Shown here: positions 9,943 to 19,605 of the stretch, in pieces
How the letters are laid out: the number at the start of each line of letters is the position of its first letter
How positions within the stretch are numbered: position 1 is the stretch's first letter
From: Polyangiales bacterium
Lineage (GTDB): Bacteria; Myxococcota_A; Polyangia; Polyangiales; JADJQN01
DNA: 64,000 bases
Assembly (NCBI GenBank): GCA_964202905.1
Contig: CAXNJO010000007.1
Span: forward strand, 64,001 to 128,000
Reading direction: 5' to 3'
Notes under the pieces: generated by a model
Databases searched by the model: none
Told to the model about the DNA's origin: nothing
Seen by the model: the letters and a program-made list of their open reading frames with translations, nothing else
Made by a program: the position numbers and the translations under genes

Positions 9943-10950
9943 ATGACGTTCGCTTCGAGGCGCGACGCCGACCCCCGTGATGACGCCGACCCCCGTGATG
10001 ACGCCGACCCCCGTGATGCAGCGGCGACACGCACTGCGCCGTGGGGGCTCGCGCGCGACGAGCGCGGCGCGGCCTATGTCGAGTTCCTGATCGTCTTCAT
10101 CCCGATCTTCATGATGTTCCTGGGGATGATCCAGGCCGCGATGATGTACGCGGCGAACCTCGTGGTGACGCACGCGGCGAACACCGCCTCGCGCGCAGCG
10201 ATCGTCGTGCTCGACGACGCCGAGTCCGCCTACGGCGACGAGGACCGGAACGACCTCAGCGGGGGCGGCGGCGGCGAGTCCCCCCTCGACAAGGTCGACG
10301 GTTTCCTCGAATGGGCGGGCTTGGGCTCCGCCGCCGCTGCGCCGGCCCGCGAGGCGGGCTCGACCTCGGGCGCGCGGATGAACGCCATCCGCAGCGCGGC
10401 TTCGATCCCACTCCTCGCCGTCTCGCCGTCGATGAGCCAGCTGGTCGGGTCGGAGAGCGTCTACGCCGCGATCGGCGGCAACCCCGCCGAGCGCGGGCTG
10501 ACGGGCGCCGCCGTCTACAACCGCACGGCGGTCGCCGTGACGTTCCCGACCGCGCGCGCCGGCACGAACTACAAGGCGCAGTTCGCCACCAACGAGGACG
10601 TCACCGTCCGCGTGACCTACCTCTTCCACTGCGCCGTGCCGCTCGTGAACCGCATCATGTGCGACGATATTATCGCCCTGAAGACGGGCGTGCCGCTCGC
10701 CGCCGTGCGCGCCCTCGCGGAGCGCACCGCCAGCGGAGACGCCTCACCGGCCGAGATCGCGGCGCTCATCGAGCGTGTGCGTGACGGGCGCGCCCGATTG
10801 CAGCGCGCGAACCCCGGCGTCGCCGAGCTGGACGGTGCCGAGTCGCCCTGGCTCGCCTCCCTCACGGCCGTGACGGGCGCGCGCTTCCTCGTGCTGCGTG
10901 CCGAGGCGACGATGCCCAACCACGGGGCCGCTTACAGCTATGTGGAGTGA
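9943..10950 (+). CDS. TadE-like pseudopilin (large, 335 aa)
   Basis: SD AGGAGG 9931-9936; 'RDERG|AAYVEFLIVFIPIFMMFLGMIQ...HAANTASRAA' TadE N-terminal motif. Confidence 0.8.
   Translation: MTFASRRDADPRDDADPRDDADPRDAAATRTAPWGLARDERGAAYVEFLIVFIPIFMMFLGMIQAAMMYAANLVVTHAANTASRAAIVVLDDAESAYGDEDRNDLSGGGGGESPLDKVDGFLEWAGLGSAAAAPAREAGSTSGARMNAIRSAASIPLLAVSPSMSQLVGSESVYAAIGGNPAERGLTGAAVYNRTAVAVTFPTARAGTNYKAQFATNEDVTVRVTYLFHCAVPLVNRIMCDDIIALKTGVPLAAVRALAERTASGDASPAEIAALIERVRDGRARLQRANPGVAELDGAESPWLASLTAVTGARFLVLRAEATMPNHGAAYSYVE
9964..10017 (+). repeat. Perfect 18-bp tandem repeat x3 (GACGCCGACCCCCGTGAT; DADPRD) in the prepilin leader
   Basis: Copies at 9964-9981, 9982-9999, 10000-10017. Confidence 0.95.
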
Positions 10951-10954
10951 CGCG

Positions 10955-12314
10955 ATGAGCACCCGACCCGCGCCGACGTCCGCTCCCGAATCCGCCGCCG
11001 CCGGCCGCCCCGGTCTCGTCGCCGACGAGGGCGGCGCGATCATGGTCATCGGCGTGTTCATGGCCGTCCTGCTGGTCGGCTTCATGTACTACCTGATCGG
11101 CGTCGGCGAGACGATCTTCTACCGCGAGCGCATGGCCGACGCGGCCGACGCGGGCGCGTGGGCGGCAGCCGTGATGCATGCGCGCGGGATGAACGCGATC
11201 GTGCTCATCAACATGATCATGGCTGCCATCGCTGCGGTCGTGCTCGCGATCGGCGCGGTGCTCTTCATCATCGACGTGGGCATCGCGATCGCGACGGCGC
11301 TCGTGGCCTCGGTGGTCACCGCGCCCATCGGGGCGCCGGTGCTCAGCTGCGCTCACCCCGATCCGGCCGGTCGTGAACACCATCCATCAGGCCGCGCAGC
11401 GCTTCGCGAATGCCGTCCTGCCCGTGCTCAACAAGGCCGCGACCGGCGTGAAATACGCGACGCCCTGGATCGCGCAGGTGAAAGTGCTGAACGTCGGCGA
11501 GTCGTACAAGCCGCCCGTCGACGTGGGCATCTTCGTGTCGAAGACGCTCGTCGACGGGCTGCCCGTCGAGGACGACGAGTGCAAGGTCCTCGAGGATCGC
11601 GGCATCAAGTACATCGAGGTCCTGATCGGCAACGCGCTCGGCAACATCCCGATCCTGAGCACCGTGATGGGGTGGGTGGGCGGCCTCGCGGCGAAGGCCG
11701 GCAGCGCGGTCTACGGCGGCGTCTGCGGGAGCGGCGGAGGAACCGCCGGCGCCGACGTGGTCTCGGACGCCGTCGGGGCTGCGACGGACGCGGCCATGGA
11801 AGAGGCGGGCTGCAACGACGACCCGCCCCCGGACCCGATGCCCGAGGGCTGCGACGCGGAGCTCCCCGAGACGAGCGGCGTGACCGCGCCCGCGAGCACC
11901 TCGACCGGCTCCGACGGCAAGGGCCCGAAGAAGGTCAAGGACGACTGCAACCTCGGCGACGAGTGCTTCCAACTCCGCGCCATCATGGTCGGCACGCCCG
12001 GCTATGAGAAGACGATGCGCGGCGTGCAGATCGCGAACTGGGGCCACGAGAACGAGACCGGCTCCATGTACACCCAGATGGCGAACCTCGGCCGCGGCTC
12101 GCTCGCGCAGGCGGAGTTCTACTGGGACAAGGGCGACGAGGACGCGCAGGAGATGCGCGACGACTGGATGTGGGAGATGAACTGGCGCGCGCGTCTGCGT
12201 CGGTTCCGCGTCCCGGCTGACTCGCTGCTCGGTGACGCCTGCACCGCGGGGGGCGGCTTCTGCGACGCCATCCTCGGGAGCGCGGACATGATCAACGCGG
12301 TTATCGTGCACTGA
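10955..12314 (+). CDS. TadG-like pseudopilin/tip protein with Cys-rich C-terminal domain (single +1 indel near 11348)
   Basis: 'ADEGG|AIMVIGVFMAVLL...MADAADAGAWAAA' Tad motif. Deleting T11348 joins ORF 10898 to ORF 11373 (...APVLSALTPIRPVVNTIHQ...), giving about 452 aa with 8 Cys in the C-terminal part. Confidence 0.75.
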
Positions 12315-12898
12315 TGGAGCGCCCGATGAACGCCACGGCCCGCGTCTCCACTCCCCACCCTGCGACGGCCCCGGGTCGCCGCGCGCTGCGTGCGCTGTTG
12401 CCCCGCCCGCTCCGCGCGCTCCTCCGAGACGAGCGCGGCAGCGTCATGACCGAGGCCGTCGTGATGCTCCCGTTCTTCGTGCTCGTGTGGGGCTGCATCA
12501 TCTACGTCTCGCAGCTCTACGAGAAGGGCATCGAGACGCAGGCCGTCGCGCGCGAGTGCGCATGGCGCCACGCCAAGGACAACTGCGAGGGCGATTCGCG
12601 CTGCGCGATCGCCGCCGGCCTCGACCCGAGCCGGGATTACGGCAGCGGCGACGACGCCGCCATCGAGTCGGCCGAGGGCTCCGGCGGCCCGGGCTTCCTC
12701 GGCGACGGCTTCCTCACCAACATCCTCTTCGGGGCCGACGTCACGGCGACGGCCGAGGACACGACGCGCAAGCCCGAGCTGATTGGCGGCGGCGACGCGC
12801 AGCTGACGGGCAAGGTCGGCCTCGCCTGCAACGAGAAGCCACGGGGCAACCTGGGCGAGGTCATCAGCAGCGCGTGGAGCGCGCTGTGGACGTTCTGA
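12314..12898 (+). CDS. TadE-like pseudopilin
   Basis: 'RDERG|SVMTEAVVMLPFFVLVWGCII'; start overlaps the upstream stop (TGATG). Confidence 0.8.
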   Translation: MERPMNATARVSTPHPATAPGRRALRALLPRPLRALLRDERGSVMTEAVVMLPFFVLVWGCIIYVSQLYEKGIETQAVARECAWRHAKDNCEGDSRCAIAAGLDPSRDYGSGDDAAIESAEGSGGPGFLGDGFLTNILFGADVTATAEDTTRKPELIGGGDAQLTGKVGLACNEKPRGNLGEVISSAWSALWTF

Positions 12899-12911
12899 TG
12901 CGGGGGGCCCG

Positions 12912-13910
12912 ATGAGCGTGCGTCGACCATCGTCCATGTCGCTCGGCGCGCTCGTCTGGGCGCGCATGAAGAGCAACGCCATTGAGTACGTGCCACGGTT
13001 CGCGCGGGTCGGGGCGCTGCTCGCGGCCCTCTTCGCGATCGCCATCGTCGTCGTTGGGCACCGCGCGAAGGCCGACCTGCACGAGGTGATGATGGGCTTC
13101 GGCGCGCAGATGATGCGCTACGAGGGCGCGCAGCGGCAGGGCGCGCCGCGCCAGCTCTATCTGAACGGCGAGCGGATGCTGCTCGCGACGGCCTCGACGA
13201 CGCACAGCCTCGACGCCGTGCTCGACTACTACGAGCGCCGCTGCATGGCCCGCGACGGCGCGCTCGAGCAGGAGCTCATGCGCGTGAGCGGCGCGGAGGC
13301 GTCGCGACTCCCCGTCGACGAGCGCCTCATCGACGCGACGATCCGCCACGACACGGGCGGTCGGGGTTATGTCGCGTGCCTCGACATGGGCGAGGACGCG
13401 ATCGGACTCACCGAACTCAGCGCGCGCCTCAAGTCCTTCTCCGACACGGGCAACCTCGGGGACGTCGGCCACCTCCGTTACGTCTACGTGACCGACGAGA
13501 CCACCTCGCGGCACGTCGTCACCTTCTGGACCGAGGGGCGCTTCGAGCTGCGCAAGGTCGTGCCCGAGACGGGCGATGCGCCGGGCCGCGACGTGGACGC
13601 GTTGCCACGCCCTGCGGGGTCGCGGCGGATGCTCTCCGCGTGGGAAGACGGCCAGCCGCAGTCGCTCACGGTCTACGCCTTCGCCCCGCAGGGCGAGGAG
13701 GCGCTCGAGCGCTTCTACCGTACGGAGCTCCCCCGACGCGGCTGGCGCGTGCACTCGCCGCGCGATCTCGCCGAGGGCTCGCTGCAGCGCCCCCCCGAGC
13801 TCGACGATGTGCGCGTGCTCGGCGCCGAGCGCGCGGGCCGCAGCGCCTTCCTCGTGCTCGGCGAGGACGCCGAAGGACACGGCACGCTCACCGTCCTGAC
13901 GGCGCGCTGA
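12912..13910 (+). CDS. Hypothetical membrane-anchored protein within the Tad cluster
   Basis: Good GC3 codon bias, N-terminal TM (VGALLAALFAIAIVVVG), located between pseudopilins and cpaB; no family recognised. Confidence 0.7.
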   Translation: MSVRRPSSMSLGALVWARMKSNAIEYVPRFARVGALLAALFAIAIVVVGHRAKADLHEVMMGFGAQMMRYEGAQRQGAPRQLYLNGERMLLATASTTHSLDAVLDYYERRCMARDGALEQELMRVSGAEASRLPVDERLIDATIRHDTGGRGYVACLDMGEDAIGLTELSARLKSFSDTGNLGDVGHLRYVYVTDETTSRHVVTFWTEGRFELRKVVPETGDAPGRDVDALPRPAGSRRMLSAWEDGQPQSLTVYAFAPQGEEALERFYRTELPRRGWRVHSPRDLAEGSLQRPPELDDVRVLGAERAGRSAFLVLGEDAEGHGTLTVLTAR

Positions 13911-14004
13911 CGCCGGTCGCCGCGCATCCGCGCAGGGCGCCGAGGTCGCACCTCTGCGCTTCTATTCCTCCGCGATCCGGTCTAGGGTCGCGCCCGAGGA
14001 ATCG

Positions 14005-14829
14005 ATGAATCGCAAGGCGCTGATCGCGGCGGGCGTCGCGGCCCTCGCGGGGCTGGGGATGCTTTATCTGTACATGAAGCGCTTCGAGGCCGAGGCCTCA
14101 GGCGGCGCGCCGGTCATGGTGCTCATGGCCACGCAGGACATCCCGCTCGGCACCGCGATCACGCGGCAGATGGTGGGCGCGCGGCCGCTGCCGAGCGCGT
14201 ACCTCGAAGAGCGACACATCCGCGCGTCGGACGCCGAGCGCGTCTACGGCGTGCGCGTCTCGATGGGCGTGAAGTCGAACGAATCCGTGCTTTGGACGGA
14301 CCTCGCGACGACGAGCGAGCAGCGGCGTGACCTCTCGGCGCTCGTGCGGAACGGCCAGCGCGCGATCACGGTGCGCGCCGGGTTGACCTCCTCCTTCGGC
14401 GGACTGCTCCGGCCGGGCGACCGCGTCGACGTGCTGCTCACCGCGGACCGGCCCGGCTCCGCGCTCGCGGGCGTGGGCGATCTCTCCTCGGCGCGCGTGA
14501 CGATCCCGCTGCTGCAGAATCTCCTCGTGCTCGCGGTCGGCCGCGACACCGGTGGCGAGCAGGCGCAGGGCGCGGCGCGCACGGGCGCCCGCGCGAACGG
14601 CCAGCCCAACCAGGTCACGCTGAGCGCGACGGTCGCGCAGTCGCAGACGCTGACCTACGCCGGTGATCGCGGTGAGCTGACGCTCATCCTCCGCAACCCC
14701 GACGACATCGCCATCCTCGACGGGCTGCCCGAGACGAGCGCCCGCGACATCCTCGAGCCCGAGCGCCGCGCGACCCTGCTGCGTCGCGAGCGCCCCGAGA
14801 CCGCCCCGGAGATCGAGCGTGTCCAATAG
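14005..14829 (+). CDS. cpaB: Flp pilus assembly protein CpaB/RcpC
   Basis: N-terminal TM, SAF domain 'VLMATQDIPLGTAIT', 'GQRAITVR...GGLLRPGDRVDVLLT', 'LLQNLLVLAVG', 'GELTLILRNPDD'. Confidence 0.93.
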   Translation: MNRKALIAAGVAALAGLGMLYLYMKRFEAEASGGAPVMVLMATQDIPLGTAITRQMVGARPLPSAYLEERHIRASDAERVYGVRVSMGVKSNESVLWTDLATTSEQRRDLSALVRNGQRAITVRAGLTSSFGGLLRPGDRVDVLLTADRPGSALAGVGDLSSARVTIPLLQNLLVLAVGRDTGGEQAQGAARTGARANGQPNQVTLSATVAQSQTLTYAGDRGELTLILRNPDDIAILDGLPETSARDILEPERRATLLRRERPETAPEIERVQ

Positions 14830-14833
14830 CCCC

Positions 14834-16090
14834 ATGCGCCGCGTCCTCAGCCACCTCCACCTCCTCGTGCTCGCGCTCGCGCTCGCCGGCCTCGCGGCGG
14901 CACCCTTCGCCGCGCCGCGCGCCGCGTCCGCGCAGCAGATGCAGCGCCGTGAGCTCGAGCTGCAGATCGGCGAGCAGACGAGCCTCCCGGCCGACGGCGT
15001 CCGCAGCTACTCGGAAGGCGTACCCGGCATCGCGGACGTCCGCGTCTCGCGTGAGACGGGGCAGTTCATCGTGCTCGGCCAGCGGGCCGGCGCGACCTCG
15101 CTCCTCCTCATCATGGAGGATGGCAGTCAGGTCCAGTACCGCATCGTCGTCAAGGGCGCCGACGCGGCGGCGACGGGGATCTCGGAGCGCGACAACGTCC
15201 GCCTCGACTTCTACTTCGTGCAGGTCTCGGACGCGTACTCCCACCGCATCGGCATCGGCTGGCCGGCGTTCATCGGAGGGCAGGGCGTCGCGCGGTTCGC
15301 GGGTGACTTCGATCTCACGACGGCGTCGCTGACGAGCGCGCAGCTGCTCGTGACGAACCAACCCCTGCCGCGGCTCGACCTGCTGCAGGAGTCCGGTTGG
15401 GCGCGCATCTCGCGGCAGGCCGCGGTCATCACCGCGAACGGCAACGAGGCCATCTTCAACAGCGGCGGCGAAGTGAACGTGCAGGCGACGCGCGGCATCG
15501 CCGGCGCGGTGCAGGCGATCAGCTTCGGCAGCCAACTCACCGTGCTCCCCAACTACGACAAGCAGTCGGGGCGCGTCGAACTGAAGATCGTCTCGGACGT
15601 CAGCGACCTCACGGATGACCGCGGCACCGGGATCCCCGGTCGCACCGTCGCGCACCTCGAGACGCTCGTGAACCTCGAGATGGGCCAGGCGATCATGCTC
15701 GCGGGCGTGCAGGCCGACTCCGAGGGCAGCTCGCGCACCGGGCTGCCGGGGCTCTCGCAGATCCCGATCCTCGGCGTGCTCTTCGGCACGCACGCGGCGC
15801 GGCGCGAGCAGACGCGGAACGTGCTCTTCATCGTGCCGACGGTCGTCGACTCCGTGAGCGCGCGCTCGCGCGACGCCATCGCAGACGCGATGCAGGTGTA
15901 TCAGGATTTCAGTGGCGGCGCGGAGGACGTGCTCCTCTTCGAGCCCATCCACAGCGGGGGGAGCCGCGCGCCGATGGACGTCGGTGGCGGCGACGAGGGC
16001 AGCCGGGAGCAGCCGCCATCCGGACGCGACGCGTCTCCGCCCGGGCGTCCTGCAGGCGGGCGTCGCGGGGCCACGCGCCCCGGCGGCTGA
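14834..16090 (+). CDS. cpaC: Secretin, CpaC/RcpA type
   Basis: Signal peptide, pilus-formation N-domain ('IADVRV..FIVLGQRAGATSLLL'), secretin C-domain 'NGNEAIFNSGGEV' and 'GLPGLSQIPILGVLFG'. An alternative GTG start lies at 14819. Confidence 0.88.
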   Translation: MRRVLSHLHLLVLALALAGLAAAPFAAPRAASAQQMQRRELELQIGEQTSLPADGVRSYSEGVPGIADVRVSRETGQFIVLGQRAGATSLLLIMEDGSQVQYRIVVKGADAAATGISERDNVRLDFYFVQVSDAYSHRIGIGWPAFIGGQGVARFAGDFDLTTASLTSAQLLVTNQPLPRLDLLQESGWARISRQAAVITANGNEAIFNSGGEVNVQATRGIAGAVQAISFGSQLTVLPNYDKQSGRVELKIVSDVSDLTDDRGTGIPGRTVAHLETLVNLEMGQAIMLAGVQADSEGSSRTGLPGLSQIPILGVLFGTHAARREQTRNVLFIVPTVVDSVSARSRDAIADAMQVYQDFSGGAEDVLLFEPIHSGGSRAPMDVGGGDEGSREQPPSGRDASPPGRPAGGRRGATRPGG

Positions 16091-16094
16091 GACG

Positions 16095-17804
16095 ATGCTG
16101 CTGTCGATCGAGATCTCGGACGGCACGGTCGAGAACCTCGCGATCCACGACACCCCGCAGGTCGTGATCGGGCGCGACGCGGGCTGTCACGTCGTGCTCC
16201 CCTCGCCGGAGGTGTCGCGTCGGCACTGCCGCCTCGACGTCACGCCGCAGGGCGTGACGATCACCGACACCTCCGCCAACGGCACGATCGTCGGGAACGA
16301 GCGCGTCGTGCAGTCGACGGTGCTGCTGCAGCCCGAGGTCCCGTTCCGCGTCGGGCCCTACGTCGTGCGCCTTCGCGGCGGTCAGGCGCGTCGGCCGACG
16401 CCGCCGCAGGCGCCCGCGCCGCCCCCCGTCGCGCCCGCGCACGGCCTCCCCACCGCGCCCGCCGCGCCTTTTCGGGCGCCGCAAGCCCCGGCCCCGAGCG
16501 CGGACGATCCGCCTTGGCGCCACCGGAACGGCACGAAGGGCGTCTCCGTCGAGGTGCGCCGGCGCCTGCACCGGATGCTCCTCGACCACCTCGATCTCGC
16601 GACGCTCGATCGCACCAAGATGGACGAGCGGGTCATGCGCCCGAAGGTGCTCGACGCCCTCAAGCGCATCATCCAGACGATCGCGCGCGACCTGCCGCCG
16701 GGGACGGACCTCGCGCAGCTGATCGAGGAGATGAGCGACGAGGCGCTCGGGCTCGGTCCGCTCGAGCTGCTCCTCGCCGACGACTCCGTGAACGAGATCA
16801 TGGTCGTCGACCCGTCGACCATCTTCGTCGAGCGCGGCGGCCGCATCGAGCACACGCCGCTCCGTTTCACCGACGACGAGAGCGTGCGCGCCGTCATCGA
16901 GCGCATCGTGACGCCGCTCGGCCGCCGCATCGACGAGTCGACTCCCCTCGTCGATGCGCGCCTCAAGGACGGCTCGCGCGTCAACGCGGTCATCAAGCCG
17001 CTCGCGCTGCGCGGCGCGTGCATCACGATCCGCAAGTTCGCGCGCTCCGCGCTGAACCTCGAGGACCTCGTCCGCTTCGGCGCGCTCACCGAGCAGATGG
17101 GGCGCTTCCTCGTGCGCGCGGTGACGGCCCGCAAGAACATCGTCATCTCCGGCGGTACCGGCTCGGGCAAGACCACGCTGCTCAACGTCCTGTCGGGCGC
17201 GATCCCCGCCGAGGAGCGCGTCGTCACGATCGAGGACGCCGCTGAGCTGCGGCTCGTGCAGCCGCACGTCGTGTCGCTCGAGTCGCGCCCGGCGAACATG
17301 GAAGGCAAGGGCGAGATCACGATCCGCGACCTCGTGAAGAACGCCCTCCGCATGCGCCCCGACCGCATCCTCGTCGGCGAGTGCCGCGGCGGTGAGGCGC
17401 TCGACATGTTGCAGGCGATGAACACGGGCCACGACGGCTCCATGACGACGACGCACTCGAACAGCCCGCGCGAGGCCATCGCGCGGCTCGAGACGCTCGT
17501 GATGATGAGCGGGCTCGACCTCCCGTCGCGCGCGATCCGCGAGCAGATCTCGCAATCGGTGCACGTCGTGCTCCAGCAGGCGCGGCTCTCGGACGGCTCC
17601 CGCAAGATCACGAGCATCGCGGAGGTGACGGGGATCGACCCGGACAGCGGCGAGGTCATCGTGTCCGAGATCTTCCGCTTCGAGCGCACCGGGACGGGCA
17701 AGGGCGGCAAGGTGCTCGGCGAGTTCCGCGCGACGGGCTTCCTGCCCTCGTTCCTCGACGAGTTCATCAAGCGGGGCCTCGTGCGGGAGGGCGACTACCT
17801 GTGA
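16095..17804 (+). CDS. cpaF: CpaF/TadA pilus ATPase with N-terminal FHA domain
   Basis: FHA 'IGRD..VSRRHC..DTSANGT', Pro-rich linker, Walker A GGTGSGKTT, 'TIEDAAEL', 'LRMRPDRILVGECRG', His box 'TGHDGSMTTTHSN'. Confidence 0.93.
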   Translation: MLLSIEISDGTVENLAIHDTPQVVIGRDAGCHVVLPSPEVSRRHCRLDVTPQGVTITDTSANGTIVGNERVVQSTVLLQPEVPFRVGPYVVRLRGGQARRPTPPQAPAPPPVAPAHGLPTAPAAPFRAPQAPAPSADDPPWRHRNGTKGVSVEVRRRLHRMLLDHLDLATLDRTKMDERVMRPKVLDALKRIIQTIARDLPPGTDLAQLIEEMSDEALGLGPLELLLADDSVNEIMVVDPSTIFVERGGRIEHTPLRFTDDESVRAVIERIVTPLGRRIDESTPLVDARLKDGSRVNAVIKPLALRGACITIRKFARSALNLEDLVRFGALTEQMGRFLVRAVTARKNIVISGGTGSGKTTLLNVLSGAIPAEERVVTIEDAAELRLVQPHVVSLESRPANMEGKGEITIRDLVKNALRMRPDRILVGECRGGEALDMLQAMNTGHDGSMTTTHSNSPREAIARLETLVMMSGLDLPSRAIREQISQSVHVVLQQARLSDGSRKITSIAEVTGIDPDSGEVIVSEIFRFERTGTGKGGKVLGEFRATGFLPSFLDEFIKRGLVREGDYL

Positions 17805-18667
17805 ACGTCTCGCGCGCCACGGATTGGCTCGGCTATGGCGGCATCGCGCTGCTCGTCCTCGGCCTGACGGTCGGTGTGACGCTCGTGCTGTTCAACCCGC
17901 AGAGCGGGCCGCGCCGGGCGTATCGCGATTACGAGGCGACGCTCGAGCGGGAGGTGCGTTTCCTGCTCTACCGCACGACGGGCGCGCGCATCGCGCGGAC
18001 GCAGCTCGCCGCATCGGTCAGCCTGCTCGTCGCCGCCGCGTTCCTCGAGGATTTGCTGCTCGCGCTGCTCGCGCTGCCGGTCGCGCTCCTGCCGCTCGCG
18101 TGGCTGCAGTCGAAGCACGCGCGGCGCGTGCTGGTGATCGAGCTGCAGCTCGACTCGTGGCTGCAGCTGCTCGCGAACAGCCTCAAGGCCACGCCGTCGC
18201 TCGGCGAGGGCATCGCGTCGAGCGCGAAACTGATACGCGCGCCGCTCGGCGAAGAGCTCGACCTCGTGCTGAAGGAGATCGCGCTCGGCACGCCGCTCGA
18301 TCAGGCGGTGATGAACATGAGCGTGCGGATCGGCTCGCGCCCCGTGTCGGGCGCGCTCGCGATCATCCTCGTCGGGCGTCAGACGGGCGGTGATCTCACA
18401 CGCATCCTCGAGGAGGGCGCCGCGACGCTGCGCGAGATGTCGCGCCTCGAGGGCGTCGTGCGGACGAAGACGGCCGAGGGCAAGTCTCAGGCGTACGTCC
18501 TCGGCGGGATCCCCTTCGTGCTGCTCGGCGCGCTCTACATGGTCGACCCGTACTGGCTGCAGCCGCTCGCGGAGACGACCCTCGGCTACATCATCATCGC
18601 GGTCGCGACCTCGCTCTGGCTCGCGGCGATCGTCCTCGCGCGCAAGATCCTCGCGGTCGACGTCTAG
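17801..18667 (+). CDS. tadB: TadB inner-membrane platform protein (T2SSF family)
   Basis: 'LANSLKATPSL', 'PLGEELDLV..E..LG', 'QTGGDLTRILE', 'KTAEGKSQAYVL'; GTGA overlap with cpaF. Confidence 0.88.
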   Translation: MNVSRATDWLGYGGIALLVLGLTVGVTLVLFNPQSGPRRAYRDYEATLEREVRFLLYRTTGARIARTQLAASVSLLVAAAFLEDLLLALLALPVALLPLAWLQSKHARRVLVIELQLDSWLQLLANSLKATPSLGEGIASSAKLIRAPLGEELDLVLKEIALGTPLDQAVMNMSVRIGSRPVSGALAIILVGRQTGGDLTRILEEGAATLREMSRLEGVVRTKTAEGKSQAYVLGGIPFVLLGALYMVDPYWLQPLAETTLGYIIIAVATSLWLAAIVLARKILAVDV

Positions 18668-18681
18668 CCTCGCGGAGACCC

Positions 18682-19599
18682 ATGCTGTTTCAGCCCTCCA
18701 CGCTCACCGTCCTCGTCGGCCTCGTCTCGCTCGGCCTGTTCGCGCTCGGCGTGGCGTCCGCGGTCTTCGTGCTCGCGCGGAACCCGCCTGCTGTCCCGCC
18801 GCGCCTCGGCGCGCGGGGCTTGCGGCGCGCGCAGGCGCTCGCGGACGGCGGTCTCTTCGCGGTCGTCGAGCCCGTGATGCGCGTGACCGCGGGTTGGATC
18901 TCGCACCTGCCGATCGCGCCTCGGCGTCACGCGATCGACGAGCAGCTCGTGCACGCGGGCGATTGGCTCGGTCTCACGGCGGACGAGTACATCGCGCTCA
19001 CGAGCCTCTCGGGCGTGTTCTTCTCCATCCTGGGGCTCTCGATCATCACGATGCTCGAGCTGCCCGCGATGCTCGCGTTCTTCTTCGCGGGGCTCGGGCT
19101 CGTCCTCCCGTACATGCGGCTCACCGGTGAGATCGCGCGGCGTTTCAAGGAGGTCAACCGCTCGCTCCCGGCGGCCATCGATCTCGCGGCGCTGTGCATG
19201 AACGCGGGCCTCGATTTCCCGGGCGCGCTGCGGCAGTTCGTCGACAAGTCGGCCTCACGGCAGGACACGCTCGTCCTCGAGTTCGGCCGCATCCTGCAGG
19301 AGCTCGAGCTCGGGCGGACGCGGCGTCAGGCGCTCGAGAACTTCGCCGAGCGCTGCCCGACGGACGCCGTGCGTGATTTCGTCGGCTCGGTGGTGCAGGC
19401 CGAGGAGAAGGGCAACCCGTTGGCGCAGGTGCTGCGAATCCAGGCGGGCATGCTGCGCATGCGGCGCAGCATCATGGCCGAGGAGAACGCGGCGCGTGCG
19501 GCCGTCATGATGATGGGGCCGCTCATGCTGATTTTCTGCGCGATCATCATCATCCTGCTCGGCCCATTCATCGTGAACTCGATGGGCAAGGGGGTCTGA
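18682..19599 (+). CDS. tadC: TadC inner-membrane platform protein (T2SSF family)
   Basis: 'LPAAIDLAALCMNAGLDF..AL', 'ELELGRTRRQAL', 'QAEEKGNPLAQVLRIQA..R..AEENA'. Confidence 0.9.
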   Translation: MLFQPSTLTVLVGLVSLGLFALGVASAVFVLARNPPAVPPRLGARGLRRAQALADGGLFAVVEPVMRVTAGWISHLPIAPRRHAIDEQLVHAGDWLGLTADEYIALTSLSGVFFSILGLSIITMLELPAMLAFFFAGLGLVLPYMRLTGEIARRFKEVNRSLPAAIDLAALCMNAGLDFPGALRQFVDKSASRQDTLVLEFGRILQELELGRTRRQALENFAERCPTDAVRDFVGSVVQAEEKGNPLAQVLRIQAGMLRMRRSIMAEENAARAAVMMMGPLMLIFCAIIIILLGPFIVNSMGKGV

Positions 19600-19605
19600 A
19601 CGAAC

